From Marsupella aquatica (taxonomy: Eukaryota > Plantae > Marchantiophyta), in contig OZ316894.1 in the NCBI GenBank assembly GCA_973895155.1, positions 10,571,874-10,635,873 of the forward strand: a stretch of 64,000 bases of DNA. The letters run 5' to 3'. This document shows positions 38,501-52,053 of the stretch, piece by piece. Below the pieces are notes generated by a model, which was given only the letters and a program-made list of their open reading frames with translations, ran no database searches and was not told where the DNA came from. Made by a program: the position numbers and the translations under genes. Every line of letters starts with the position of its first letter. The first letter of the stretch is position 1.

Positions 38501-39740
38501 GATGTCTAGGGATGCGTTACACATGTTAAGTACCGATGGCAAAAGAGGAGCCTTTCAAGGTCCTTAGATTCACTAGTTAACTTATGGTACACTACGTATG
38601 AAATCTGTGTGGCAAATGGCATATGAAAAGTCACCAGACCATTCACAGTTGGACTTACATAGTTCACATGGCAGTGAGAACTATTCAGTCCGATAACTGA
38701 ATAAGTTACTTCCTGGCAGGGATGTTGTACATGTATAAGCCCTGATCCACGCCTCTGGGATCTTGGTCTGGGTACACTTCATCGTTTTATGTTTTCATTA
38801 ATGAATGTCAATGAATCTTAGGATCTTCACCTTCACAGAGGAAGAATTCTCTAAGAAATCTTTTCATCCGATTGAAGCTCTTAATCTGCAAATTCAGTCC
38901 TTGGGCCGGAGAATTTCTCCTCATGCTCGAGAAACAATTGGAGTTTTTGTTCCAAAAGTCACAAAGCGTCCATTCTCAGATGTTGCACTCATCTGAAAGA
39001 GTGGACGGCCAAATTCAGAATCAGATCATACGAAGATCAATGTCTAGATGGTTGTCTAGAAGCAAGATTAGGTTCAGCAGCTTGCTTGTCTGTAATGAAT
39101 CTTTAAATTCTCTCACGCATAGCAGTTTCTGAAAGAAATACATTCCTCCTCAATATTGCGGTCAAAACGTCTCTCTCCATTGTCTCATTGTCAAACATGG
39201 TGACAAGAAGCTGTAGTGCCCGAGAATTTGATAGCCTCCCTTCTAATTAACAAAATGGCTGCACTCGTTCTGGGTTGGTCGTACTATCCATTAGGGCAGT
39301 CGAGGACGTCCTTACCGCTTCCCTGAGTTCCTCTTAATTCGAATCAATTTCAAATTGATCCTAATTGATGTTATTCAGTGCATTTGTAGCCAGAGGAGCC
39401 CAGTCCTTCGAGTCCATGACACACGGGCCCAAGCTAATTTGCAAAGCAAAAGACATTGAATCATGACCAGAATGGTCAGTCAATTAACGGACACGACACG
39501 CTAGAGAACACTGTCCCAGGCTACACCGGCAAATTGGGATAATTGGTCCCAAGGAATTCAACAACTGACCGTGTAGCTCTCACAAGGGTATCCATCATTG
39601 CGCACGATTTCCTCGCATAGATCTGGTCCTGTCTCGCTGTGCTGGGCATGAGAGCACAAGCAGGGCTCGAGCCTGCCACACAGAAGCAGCAGCAACAGCA
39701 GGAGCGGCCCAAACCCCGACCACGACGCGATCCTCGCCAT
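35506..39740 (-). CDS. LIP1: Triacylglycerol lipase, acid/lysosomal lipase family (LIP1-like), with signal peptide
   Basis: Exons encode a signal peptide (LLLLLLLLCG), LCEEIVRNDGYPCESYTV, VTTEDGFLLGLHRI..PVFLQHGLLQ, GGDTWLLNSRDQSLAYILADEGFDVW, WDWSWDELAAYD..VGHSQ|G (nucleophile GHSQG), AALLSPITYL, EFNLR, GPNCCFN..YEPHSTSVKNLAHLAQ, YGGNDALAD (Asp), YGHMDF (His). Confidence 0.93.
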
Positions 39741-40559
39741 CTCTGCTGCCTCCAGCACTACTACTAAACGCCTGAGGAGGGAAAGGAGCATCCAGACTTT
39801 GCGTTGATTTGTCCCCAACTCATCGCAGCAGACAATAGACGCGAAGGGAAGAGGAGAACTCCATCATCATCCAGTTTCATTGCTCTGTTTTTCAGAGCAA
39901 CCAAAGGAAAGAAGCCCGCAGAGACACACAATCAGCGAGTGTAGTCAATTGGAATTGGAAGAGAAAACAGAGGAGGCCCTTTGCAATTGGAAGAGAAAAC
40001 AGAGGAGGCCTCTGTTCGTTTCCATTTAGTCAACACTAGCCTGATTACACACTCAAGGACATAAACAGAGATGAAGGCAAACAAAATCTTGTAAAACACC
40101 TTTGCCTCGATCCCTTTTTTTTTTCACCTTCACTTAGATTTTGTTTTTATGGAGAGTCACTCTTTTTTTGACATAATGTAGTGTCAATGTTAGTTTTTTT
40201 AATCTTTGCTCCCATTCCTTTTTTTGGGTCCACTATGTGATCCTGAAGAATTTGGCCCTAAAGCACTTGCAAAACTTGTTGGGAAAAAGCAGATCTTGGT
40301 ATTTGTGTCCCTGCTACATGTGATGTGCGCCCTTCTCTTGGAGTCACTTTTTGTCGTGGCATATTTTTCTACACTAGAAATTCAAAGGTTGGGATCTCAA
40401 GGGCTGGAAAGTTTCCCGCTGTTGCCCTTGGAAATCCACAATGATTGCCGTTGGGCCTGCCTCAGGAGGGGGTTTCTGGCGTTTCTGGCAATACACTCTT
40501 GCTCTATCACATGATGGCACAAGTAAACGTGAAGGCTGTAAAACAAAGGGCTGCGTATA

Positions 40560-40900
40560 CGCAAGTTGGACCTCAACCTCCTCGCCAACCTTGAAGATCA
40601 CCACTTGGTCACCTTTTTCTCTCAGCAGGCTTGCCAAGTTGGAAAATTTACACTTGATTGGTATCCTTGAATCACCTTTTCGCCACAGCGAGTGGGTAAC
40701 TTTGCATGCGGTTGACCTTGCCAAGTCACTTTTTCACTCAGCGGCCTCATCGAGTGAGTTTTTGTAGGGAAATTTTGATTTGGCTAACTGTTGAACCCTG
40801 TTGATTCATCCGGGCGGCCTTGCTGAGTAGAAAGGTTCCACACGCAAATAACTGATGAGAGCAACTAATACCTGAACGCAACCCCATCAGTCACCAGTCA
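40560..40900. repeat. Dispersed repeat; second copy at about 45170-45430 in an IFT57 intron
   Basis: Shared ggcttgccaagttggaaa and gctgagtag.aag.tt...actgat.aga...actaa.acctga segments. Confidence 0.55.
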
Positions 40901-41817
40901 CCAGTATCAGAATTGAGAGCACATGTTTATTATTAAAGAGCTTTGCATTCATAACACGTCTCAGCTTCAGCTCATATGGGCACCACATGCACTACCTAAA
41001 GAGTTTATGACACTGGAGGCGGGCTACAACTTAGACATCTCCTAAGGTTACTGGATTTTCTTTTGCACACAAAAAAATGATTTCTGGCCACTAGACAGTA
41101 ATCTGGGACTTCCTGTTGGATCCAATAGGAAGTCCAAATGCCATAGTGGTTCCCAAGTTCCATTTGCATAACAACAAACCTACTGCCTATAAACCCAATT
41201 GTGTTCCACTGAACCGGTGAACATGACATTGTGGGCCTTTGATACTGGGTTTGGCCAACGTGGCATTCCAGTAACATTGCAAAACTTATTCTACACAATC
41301 ATAAAAAAATGGGAACATGGTAAAGTCTCTCCCAAGTGCCTTACCCTACAGAAACTAACCCTAACATCCTACCTTGGCAGCACATTCACCATGGAGTGAA
41401 CTCAAAGAGTGAATGGCCAGCACATACCAGTCCTTTGTGCACATTGATTTACAGGATCATGGTTGAAATTGAAGGTTGTTAAAAGCATTAGTTTCTAAAA
41501 AGCTGCTCAAAACTCTAAAGAGAGACAGAACAGAACTATGTGGGAGCTAACCGGGAAGCTTTTCAGTGACTGGAAGACAAACTCTAACTGAAAAGTGCAA
41601 TTATGTGTTGACAAATTGCTGAATGCTACACAAGAACTCAACCTTGTATCTTGGAATCAGCTGTCCCCACTTTTAGTGGAGGATCATCTGCCTGGAAATC
41701 ATACATAAGACTTGGATCAAACACTATGGAGCATGAACTCTTCAAGATTCTATAACATCCACAATATAGCAATTTTTGGACGGAAGAAGCCAGAGGAGTC
41801 CTAGCCCTTAGGGTGAA

Positions 41818-44800
41818 ATGGCAATTGCACCTGACAGAGTCCTTCAAACCCAGGTGAAGATTTTGATATCTAGGCTCAAAAGATGGTGTTTAATTAATTA
41901 TGTTGTAGTACCATTAGGTGGACCCACAATACACTCTACATTAAGGCAGACTACTTCAAGCTTAGCGCATAGGAAAGATCAAGGAGAAGCATGCTTAGTT
42001 ATCTAACTGGACCATCTGTGTAATTACAAAACAAAAGACTACATTCATTTTGGACATGCAATCAACAAGTTGACTTTGTCATGTTGAGTCCATGGGTTTC
42101 ATTGCATAAGAGATTAATAGTGAGCTTGGTCACATTGGCGTGAATTGTATTTCTTGGTGGGATCCGTGTATACTAATTTCCAGACTTGGGATGCATCTAA
42201 AGATTTTATTTGTTCATTTCTGCAGCTTTAGCAGAGTAGGATTTCTTAAAACTGTTCAAATGAGGTAAAAAAAATGGCATTGATGGTGGAGTCTGACTTG
42301 AGCTTTAACTCGCATTGCAGTTAAAAGCAACTGTTTTGATGGAATTTATAATTGACAAGCTAAAGCTTCTCAATTATGAACAATATTTTTGCATTTCAAA
42401 GTAAGGTCACATGTCTTTCTGGCTTGCAATCAGTCATTGTTTATTTCCTTCTAGGCTGCAAAGAATTGCTTGCACCCCAAAAAAATCATGCCTGTCCATA
42501 AGGTTTTAAACTCTGCAATCTCCTATTTAGAATCTATATTTCAAGTAACTCTTGTTATGTAACTCTTTGATAGGAATCCTCCATGGGCACGACTGCATAA
42601 ATTGTACTTTGTTCTACCATCAAACAATCTCAACGAGCAGTTCTTCTACTTCTCCAATCTTGTAAGCACACTTGAGGGAAAAATTGGTCTGGACCTCGCA
42701 AACCCGTGACCATTCTTCATGGTTTTCTTTTCTGAATGGAAAGTTTTGTGCAAAGGCGGGGTTGACAGGCATATTTATGTGTTGTTGTGTTGGGTCTTGC
42801 AAGAAAAGGTGGCATGGCTATTGTGTCGTATTAGTCGAAACTATGCAGCTCCCAGCCAATCCGATGATCCCAATGCTGTGTGTGCAAATATCAGTAAGTC
42901 CTCTTTCCTTGATAAGGAGATTGGCCTATACCTGGTGTAGGGGCCAAGTGGTGAGTATTCTTTGGTTTTAGCCTAGTGAAAACATCCAAATCTGTAGAGC
43001 TGATTGGCAGCATAGTCAAGCTTACTAGCTAGTAACACCAAATATTGCTGTATATATATATATGCGCAGTGGTGGAATTGCAAAATCTTGGATTTACGTA
43101 CCCCAACTGGCCACCAGCAATGTTGAAACAGGTGCCCTTGGCTTACGCTACAGCTTTGCATCAATAAATATTTCCAAAATTTTCTCCCCCTATATTGACA
43201 TCGGGATTTAGCTTCAGGTCAATTTCAATAGAGGATGAGCTATTTTTCTTACAAAAGTAAAGACGGAGTTTGCTTGGACAAAGTGTTAAACGTCCTTGGT
43301 ACCTTAGTGAGAAAGCTTTTGAAGAGGCTTTTGTTCTTTCATTTTTGGAGACAAAGTAGGGATATGGAGAGGCAGTTTGTAGTATCCTTGATGGTTTGAC
43401 AAGCCTGACATTGGACATCTCACGATTCAACTTTCAGCCACCAGTTCATCAAATTGATTTGTAAGTTTCAATTTGTCCTTAGTGCTCTCAATGGACTTCA
43501 ACAAAAATTTACAGTCAAAACAAGAAAGGCAATGGGCCTGACTTTCCATCAGAGTCCTTAGGTCGAACTAAGTGGTCCATCCCAATGCCAACTTCTGTCA
43601 AAATGTTCTAACTCTTGACAACTTTTGTATCCTAAATATTGGTGGTACTTTCCTTTTGCCTCACTCCCATCAGAGAACTGAAGCCTTGATGGACCAAAAC
43701 AATTGACAAAATGCCCAGATGGTCTGTTGCAACCCAGATGACTATTAGAAAAACCTTTTTGTACTCAGATGACACTTTTGCTTTGTAAAACTTCCATACT
43801 TTTCTGGTCACTGGTTATCCAGTCCATCCAGCTTGCAAGCTTCATGGGAGTGGTCCATCCGAGCATTACTTTCTCCATGAGCGCTCTAGTCTAGGTCCCT
43901 TAATTAGTTTAGCATATCATCTCTGGGAATGACAACTTTCCATATGATTTGGAAAACAGAATGATTGATGCCTGAGTCAAGGTTTCCCTTTCTCTGATAA
44001 ACCATAGTGCCATCCCAGCTCATGCAGGACCTGTGAAAACTATTAATTATTTTTTATTACAAGAAATGACCGATCGAGTGCCAAAACAGTGTTCTCCTGT
44101 TTTAGCTTTCTAATTTTAAAAATAATGCATACACTGAAAAGTTAGTGTTTGTACATGACGACGCTTCAACTATACTTGAGATTTACATCACAAAATTCTT
44201 TAGAGGTTTCACAAGTACTCAGAATATTTTGTTGGTCAGCCTGTCCAAAACTTTAAGAATTCTTTAGTTCTATGCGCAAATCTGGATGGTAGTAGGGTTT
44301 AGCACAGGTCATTTATAACAAGCTTTTGGTGGTATGATACAGTAATCAAGTGGAGTCTCCCATTGTGACAGGTGACTTTGTGGGAATCAACAATGAGGTA
44401 ACAAACCATGGCTTAGCATTAACTAAGAGGCCCAGCTTTAATGTCTTAATCTTTTCTAGCATATGGGAACACCAAAGCTTCAATGATGCTTAAGTATAAG
44501 AATGCAACAGGAAATCTTCTTGGGAACTTGAGTTTTAAGAGGTTAAAGTTACCAAGCACATTAATGGATTTAGCCTTTTGTGCATAACATCTGACTTTGG
44601 GAGGCATTGGGAGGGGAAGGGTATTGGAAAGGGGGTCTGGTAGCTGTTGTCCTTGTGGAGGACTAGAGAATAACTTGCCGGACCCTAGAATGAGATGCTA
44701 TTCAGGCACTGGGGAGGGAAGTGGCACGCTTAGGATGCACAGAGATAGCACCTACTGGGTCCGTGTGGGGACAACCTTGAGGTGGCTCTTCCGGCTCTCA

Positions 44801-47800
44801 TGGCTGATTAGTTGTGTCCCTCTTGGGCGCGCAGCGGTTGTGGCCCACGCCCTCTGCACCATTTGTTCCCCTTGGCTTGGGCAATGTTTTGTCCCTTTCC
44901 TTCTTTTTGGAAAACAAAAAAAACAAACATCTTACTTTGGAATGTTGTAAAATTTTGCAGTTATTTATATCTGAGCTTGAGGATGAAGAAGATTCCTACG
45001 TGGATGTGAGACATAGAGAACTAGTTAATGAAACCCAGAAAAATGAAAATAAGTACAAAGTTCACCTTAATAGTCTCATCCTATGTATTTGCACATACAA
45101 TCTTCTTTTGAGATCAAATGTAGCACAATTAAAAGGGGAGGTTGTTAATCTCAATGGTTATCAGTCACCCATATCAGTGAAGCTCAGGAGCCTTGCCAAA
45201 CTTGAACCTCCTTTCAATCAGCTTATTTCTCTCGGTGGGCTTGCCAAGTTGGAAACTTTCCCCCTCGGCTGTTGCCCATTGACAACTTATAGGGAACTCC
45301 ACTTGGGTAACCTTCCTGAGTCCATTTTTCAACTTGTCTGCCCCTCTTAGTCATCTGGCCTAGCTGAGTAGGAAGTTTTCAAACACGAGCACTGATCAGA
45401 ATGACTAAACCTGATACCCGCAACTGATAACTCATATGGTTGCAACACTCTTCAAAGGGGCTGGGACAGTTGAATTTATATAGACTCTAAAAAATGTAAT
45501 GACATGGAACAACTTGTGAGATGAGAAGAATATATTTGCCTGTCCTTCAACTTAGTTGGATGAAAGCTGTGCCTTTCAGAGTCCTTCTTCTTTTCTGGAT
45601 CTCAAATTACAACAGGCCAACACCTTGCCACAGAATGAACTTTTAAGCTCTTCTTCAAATTTTACTGAAATCATTCTGGTTTATTTGCGTGAAGAGCAAT
45701 GGTTGTAAATTGTAAAGTGGATCCCCAAAAGTGGAAATTGGAGCTTGAGCGAGTGGCTCCTCAACTGCGAGTCTCCATGGTAAGTTTGCATAATTCTTAT
45801 TAAATTTTTCTAAGTATAACTATTAGTGCCCTATGACTGGTGATTCCAAAAGTCTCTAAGGCTCCTATAACTTGCGGCGTATATGTATTTGTCATTATAA
45901 TGTAAAAATGTGTGTTCTTTCTTGCATTATGTCTCATTTTCTGGTGAAACAAATAGAGTTGTGCAAGTACAATGGGTTCCATTCATAATCTATGGATTAT
46001 GCAGGTAGTAGATGGTAAAGATTGGCGTGCTCATTTGGAGCAAGGCTTGAAACAACATGATGTAAGCTGTCCAAATTTCACTGATGTAGGCAATCTAAGT
46101 CATATAACTTAACTGGTGAACTGACTAAGCTCATCTGGTAGACAAGACAAAGCCTTCCCGTATGAAATTTTTCATCGATAATAATTTAAATTACAACCCA
46201 CAGAGGCTAAAAATCCCCTTTTCATACATGGATTCAGCCAACTTCTTTGAATTTGAAAGCCATATTAGCTCTAGCCAGGCCAAAGGAAATGGAAGTCCTT
46301 GCAGCATCAATCATGTTTAATTAACTTAAACAACATAGATTTAGCAATGGCTGTGTATGATATGAATATGTTTGTTGTCAAGTTTGTGGCTGGAAAGCGA
46401 GTGTGGTAGTATCCCATATAAGATGTCTAGCACATTATTGGCATCTGTTTCTGCAGGAAATATTGAACAAACTAACTTCCAGCAACACCCAACTTGAAAG
46501 GTGATTACAATCAAAGTTTGATGTAGGTAGCCCAATTTGTAACAATTTTGGATCTAAAGGAAAAAGACAGTGATTACAATCAAAGTTTGATGTAGGCAGT
46601 GGCAAAAGACACAAATTTCTCTTTCTAAAATTGACTGAATGAATTTGATAAAAACTATGGTGATATCATCTCAGAAAACAGACTAGGATAAGAATGTAGG
46701 AGTGCTTATGTGTAGAACCAAACATTGCCTAATTTGGGAATTAGTGTATGTTGTAGGATAGGCTTGGGGGTCTGACATACTTTTGGTTTTATGTAGTTTT
46801 CCTAGTGGCTCTTGAGTCACTACGTATGACTGAATTGGGAGGGTTCTCACATAAGTTTGCATATATCAGTTGTGTGTGTTTACCTTTATGCCACAATGTT
46901 AATAAAACAACATTTTTCACACAAGGATAAAAATTTGGAACATTACACTTTGTGAATGAGCTACAAGCCACATGGAATTTATATAGTACCAAACATCTTG
47001 CTGATAGGATTCCTAAGCTTGCCTTTTTAATTAGGATGGCATAGAATTTAGAATTGAAGAGCATTTTGAGATCCCATTAGAGTTCAAAGATTAGGATATA
47101 TAGAGATCCCATCTGAGCAAAATATGACTCCTATGTGCATTCATCTTCAGCAATCATATAATTTAAGAATTTGACATTTTCATACAAAAGTACATAAAAG
47201 ATGGGAATCACCAAATGAATGCAGGCTTGAAAATGAAGTGGCTTCAACTTTAGAGAAACTCAACAGTCGGGAGAAGTTCATTAATCTGCAATTTGAGCCA
47301 CTGGTTTTTCCTTCCCCTTTGGACCTCTTTTCCTTTGGACCACTTTTTCTTTCCTTTCATTGTATTTTGTTGTATTTTGTTGGTTTATAAACTTTGGTGG
47401 AATTTACCAATTTTACAAGACATTCCTATGAAAATGAGCTTCAGTAAAATACAAAAAATATATTTGGTTGGTCGTGCTTGAGGTCCTTGATCACACAAGA
47501 TGTACTAGCAATGATTCTCAATAATCTCCCCAGTTTCTTTTGTGCCAAAATGAAACAAAACTATAAGCTGCGTTGTCCTAGATTGCCACCTTTCATAGAT
47601 TAAATGCTACAGGCCCACTTTTTGTCACAGGTGACTTGACCTAATCCTGGTTAGCCACAAGAGATTCTATGGCCATAAGTTTTCCCACATTGAGCAATTT
47701 GATGGTTTCCATCCATTCGCACTTAGGACGGACTGACACACCCACCACTACTTGTCCGCCAGGGCAGGGTTCTGCCCTCCGTGAAGGTTTCACCCCCACC

Positions 47801-50184
47801 CTTGCCTCCATATTTTGCCTATCCCCCCCCCCCCTCCGCCCTCATCGTAGACACCCCCTGGAGCACGCTTCTCCAAGGGTGGTGATGGGGACTGAGTATT
47901 CTTCCATGAGGTTCTCTCAGGGCCATAGGATTTAACCAAGGTTAAGTCGCCCAACCCATGATAAAAGGTGGCATGGTAGTAAGTACTCTAAAACTGTGGC
48001 ATGTTGTGGATTTTACCAATAAAAAGGTGACAATCTAGTTAAACCCGGCAAATATAAAATTGGGAATTTTCCTGTCAGCAAGCAAATTGCACGGCTTTTT
48101 GTGGGATTGTCCCCTAAGCTTGAAGAACAAAAAAAAGAGCTTCAGAATTAGTTGGTGCTGATGTTTTCTCCTGGTGGTCAGATCATTTATTTAATTTAAA
48201 ATTTCACTTCTTACATGTACAGTTTGTTATACCTTGTCTAGTACGTCACTTCCCATATCATTTAAATAGGTAGCGTCATCTCGGTTCCAACAATAGATAA
48301 ATATATATTGAAATTCTGGATGTGACTTACACATTATGTAGAATGCTCTCAATGCAGGAGTCGTTATGTTTTTTTGTGGTGATGGTGGGGGGGGGGGAGA
48401 CGAGGCGTCTCACTATCTTGTATAGGTTAAACTCAAAAAGATAAAATGGCACCAACATGCAAAGGATACTCCAGTAAGTTTGAGGGGCTGAGGTGTTGGT
48501 TTTGGGGTCTTTATTAGTCAGATTACTCTGTGTGACACTCCTATGCTATTTGCACTGTAACCTTACAAAGCTGTTTCAGTTTGCTTTTAAGCTTGCTGGT
48601 CAATAGGGTTTTAGTTTAATCTGCTACTTTGTGGGGGTTTAGCTCTTTTAGTGGCTGTGGGCTACTCATGGGCTTATTGGCTGTCTTTTTGGGTTTGCCA
48701 TCCCCCTGCTAACTAAAGGTATGAAGATGCACCCAAACAAAGGAAAGTAGCTTGTGTTGTAGTCTTCCGGGCTCAAAGACATAGACCACAATTTATCCAG
48801 GACGAGAACATTTTGATATTGATTATGTTTGTGAGTGGGGACGGGCATGGGATGTCTGGGTATGGGGAGCCATTCATGTGCATAATCAAAGGTATTTGGG
48901 CTGGTAATAGGAATGGCAAAACACTTATGCTTGAATTCCTCTCAGGTGTTGGAGTATGCTACAGTTAAAGGGAGACTTGGAGAAATACAAGAAGTACGTC
49001 CTCTAGTGTTGACCTTGAACATCTTAGTTGTTGGGACTTGTTTGCCAACAACTTACCTAAAGAAGTTGCTGCAGATTAATGGATCTTTAAGCTGAGATGG
49101 GATCTCCATCACAAACCCTTCACTCTGATAGGATTCTTGAGATCTATGGAAACATACATTTTAACTTGGATAACAAAGATTGAAAATAAAGACAGTTACT
49201 GTATACTTTTACACACAGAGCATTTGGAATTCATTCTGACTTATGACTCAGATCAATATATAAACATAGATGTACTGGTCTCACGGGTCTCCTAGTTGAA
49301 AATTCAGATTGCATATTTATGAATTTGATGATGGTTGGTCGAAGCACTTAGTAGTGGATGTTATAACTCAAAATTAGACATTGATGGGCTGGATTAATGC
49401 GCCTTTCTTTAAATTGACTCTTTGTCATAAATAAATGGTAAAAATATTGGACCTGAATGTTGCAGGACCACCAGAAAAATTTGGATAATGTAACATGTTT
49501 GACAAATGAGATTTCACAATTGTCTCAGCAGATAGAGCATGTCAAGGTAAGCTTGACTTTAAACCTCATGCTCCCGCTTATGCTCTCACATTCCAGACTT
49601 TGTCATCAATTTACTTAGTGCAACTATGGAATGCTTTCTCAAAATTGCATGGGACCAGAATTCATAACTATCAAGAGTAAACAAATGGCTTTCTATTGTC
49701 CCAAAGACGACAAGAGTACCAGTTCTTCCAAGAACTTACTACCTTGTGACAAGAGGGCACACTAATGATTTGTTTGTCTTGGTTGCCAAGGTAGCAACTA
49801 ATGGTTGAGAAAGGAAACTTAATCTCAGATGTCTCCCCTCTCATTCAAATGAAGGCTGCCATTCAAAGACTGAAGGTTGGTAACAATTCAGTTCTGGCAA
49901 AGCTTTTTTTTGCCCAAGGATATCCGCCACATATACCCTGCCTCAAACATATTACAAAATTTGGGGACCTGGAAATGGGGAAATGACTCTTTTTGGGGGG
50001 TTAAAGTTGGCTAAATGACTCTTAGCAAATAGTTAAACAGGAACTGATACCCAACAGTCTGGTTCATAATTACTCTGGAATCTAACATTTTTAAATTTTC
50101 AAGCAGAAAGAAATCCAAGACATGGAAGTTTGTATTGGAGTTCTGGAGCATTCATTTATCAAGGTCAGTTGCATTAGTCTTTGA
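41818..50184 (+). CDS. IFT57: Intraflagellar transport protein 57 (IFT-B complex), many short exons
   Basis: Exons: 41818-41853, 42321-42400 (MEFIIDKLKLLNYE), 42574-42661 (LYFVLPSNNLNEQFFYFSNL), 42809-42893 (VAWLL..PSQSDDPNAVCANI), 43070-43131 (PPAMLKQ), 43360-43460 (GYGEAVCSILDGL), acidic linker near 44961, about 45700-45779 (VDPQKWKLELERVAPQLRV), 46004-46061 (GKDWRAHLEQ), about 47225-47303 (LEKLNSREKFINLQFEPL), 48946-48993, 49467-49546, about 49795-49875 (EKGNLISDVSPLIQMKAAIQRLK), 50106-50184 (KEIQDMEVCIGVLEH). Linker exons and both termini are less certain. Confidence 0.9.
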
Positions 50185-51056
50185 CCTAGCGCCTCTCCAC
50201 ACTTTCTAGCTTCCAAGCAAAACATCTGCATTTCATGGGGCCCTATCTTTGATGGTTGTGTTTTGTTTGGCACAACAGGTGGGCTTTAAGCAAGGAAGGA
50301 ATGAAGGAAGTGGACCTTTCTTGCACTTTTGAGAGCCAAACTATCCTAACCATGGACGATACTTTGCCCTTCATCTGGTTTTGGTTGTGAGTTCGGTTGC
50401 TCCATCACTCCTGCTCTCTTTGACCACCCTGCTGACTGGAGTTCTCCATCAGTACAGTAAGCCATACATAAGCGCATGAACTATGAAAGAAAGCCTTATC
50501 ATGCACTTATGAAGGGTTTTCACTACAATAAGTGCAAACACAAATGACTTGCACTTATAGATGAAACCTACGCTATATGTGCAAGCACATAAAACTTTGT
50601 ACTTCTAGATATTATATTATCAGTGCAGATACTTAAATGCTATATGTGCAAGCACAAAAGACTTTGTCTTTCTAGTGTACAGAATGGCTGTGCCCTAGAA
50701 GATTTGATGATTAGTGCAAGACAACACTCTGTGCAGCATGTTTGCAGTTACCAATATGGGCATTTATCATCCCTCATGCAGTTATATATTTATCCACATT
50801 TAGCACTGATCCATTAGTGGTTAATTGAGAGTAGGTCTGCAGTTTGGAAGGGTGCATTTTTTCTGCTTCTACTTGTAAAATCTCAATTGTTTGGGTTAAA
50901 CAAAAATTGCACTTATAAACGGTGCACTACACAGGTGACTGTATAGTAAAACTGTGTTATAAGCAAAGTTGTAGCTAGGATGGACCTCCATGTCTGCCAA
51001 AATGTTGGGATGGACATTTGCAACCAGGATGGACCTCAGCAGATCACCCTTCTCTA

Positions 51057-52053
51057 GAGATATATGCTTGATGGCCCCCTGGTGAACCTTTCTTACCTGA
51101 TGGGCCCCTAGGTAACTTTTTTTACCAAGTAGGACCCCTCTTAATGACCAGTACACCTGTTCTTGTGTGGTGCCTACACCTGTCCTTGTGTGGTGCCTAC
51201 ATAATATGGTGACTCCAAGCAAACTGCACAGTTGAACCGTGCGGTCGACTTTACATGGTCGACCGAGAAACCACAAAGATTATTCGGGAGAAACCGTGAA
51301 AAGCGACTGCCGCTGTCGAAACTGCGATTTGAAGACAATATGCATTATGTCTTCGGATTCACTGGGTTAATGCTTGAAGACACAATGGATTATGTCTTCG
51401 GGTTCAAATTTTTACCGTATCATGGGGTAGTTATTAGGTATGTTTTTCATGTTGCGCACATGGGTTTTTCATGATGTTTTCATGCACGACTGTCAGCGTC
51501 AGTGTGGGGTACCTCCAAATGTCCACAAAGAATATTCAAGTTCAATGTTCAGAATTTGCCTACTGCCGCCACAACAAAAATTGGCAAATGATTGACAATT
51601 GCGCTCAAAAAATGGTAATACTCCCTATGCAATGCATACAAACAATTTCAAAAGAAGACAGACCCAAAGGTGTCGGGGTACACCCTAAACCCTAAACCTT
51701 GAAACATGGGAAGACATAATCCATTGAGTCTTCAGGCATTAACCCATTGAATCCGAAGACATAATGCATATTGTCTTCAAATCATAGTTTCGACAGTGGC
51801 AATCACTTTTCGTGGTTTCTCCCGAATCATCTTCGTGGTTTCTCGGTCGACCATGCAAGGTTGACCGCACAGTTCAACTGTGCAGTTTGCTTGGAGTCAC
51901 CATACATAGTAGGCACCACACAAGGACAGGTGTAGGCACCACACAAGAACAGGTGTACTGGTCATTAAGAGGGGTCCTACTTGGTAAAAAAAGTTACCTA
52001 GGGGCCCATCAGGTAAGAAAGGTTCACCAGGGGGCCCATCAAGCATATATCTC
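51057..52053. mobile_element. Non-autonomous Mutator-like element (MULE), about 1 kb
   Basis: About 340-bp TIRs starting GAGATATATGCTTGATGG and ending CCATCAAGCATATATCTC; perfect 10-bp TSD CCCTTCTCTA at 51047-51056 and 52054-52063. Confidence 0.93.
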
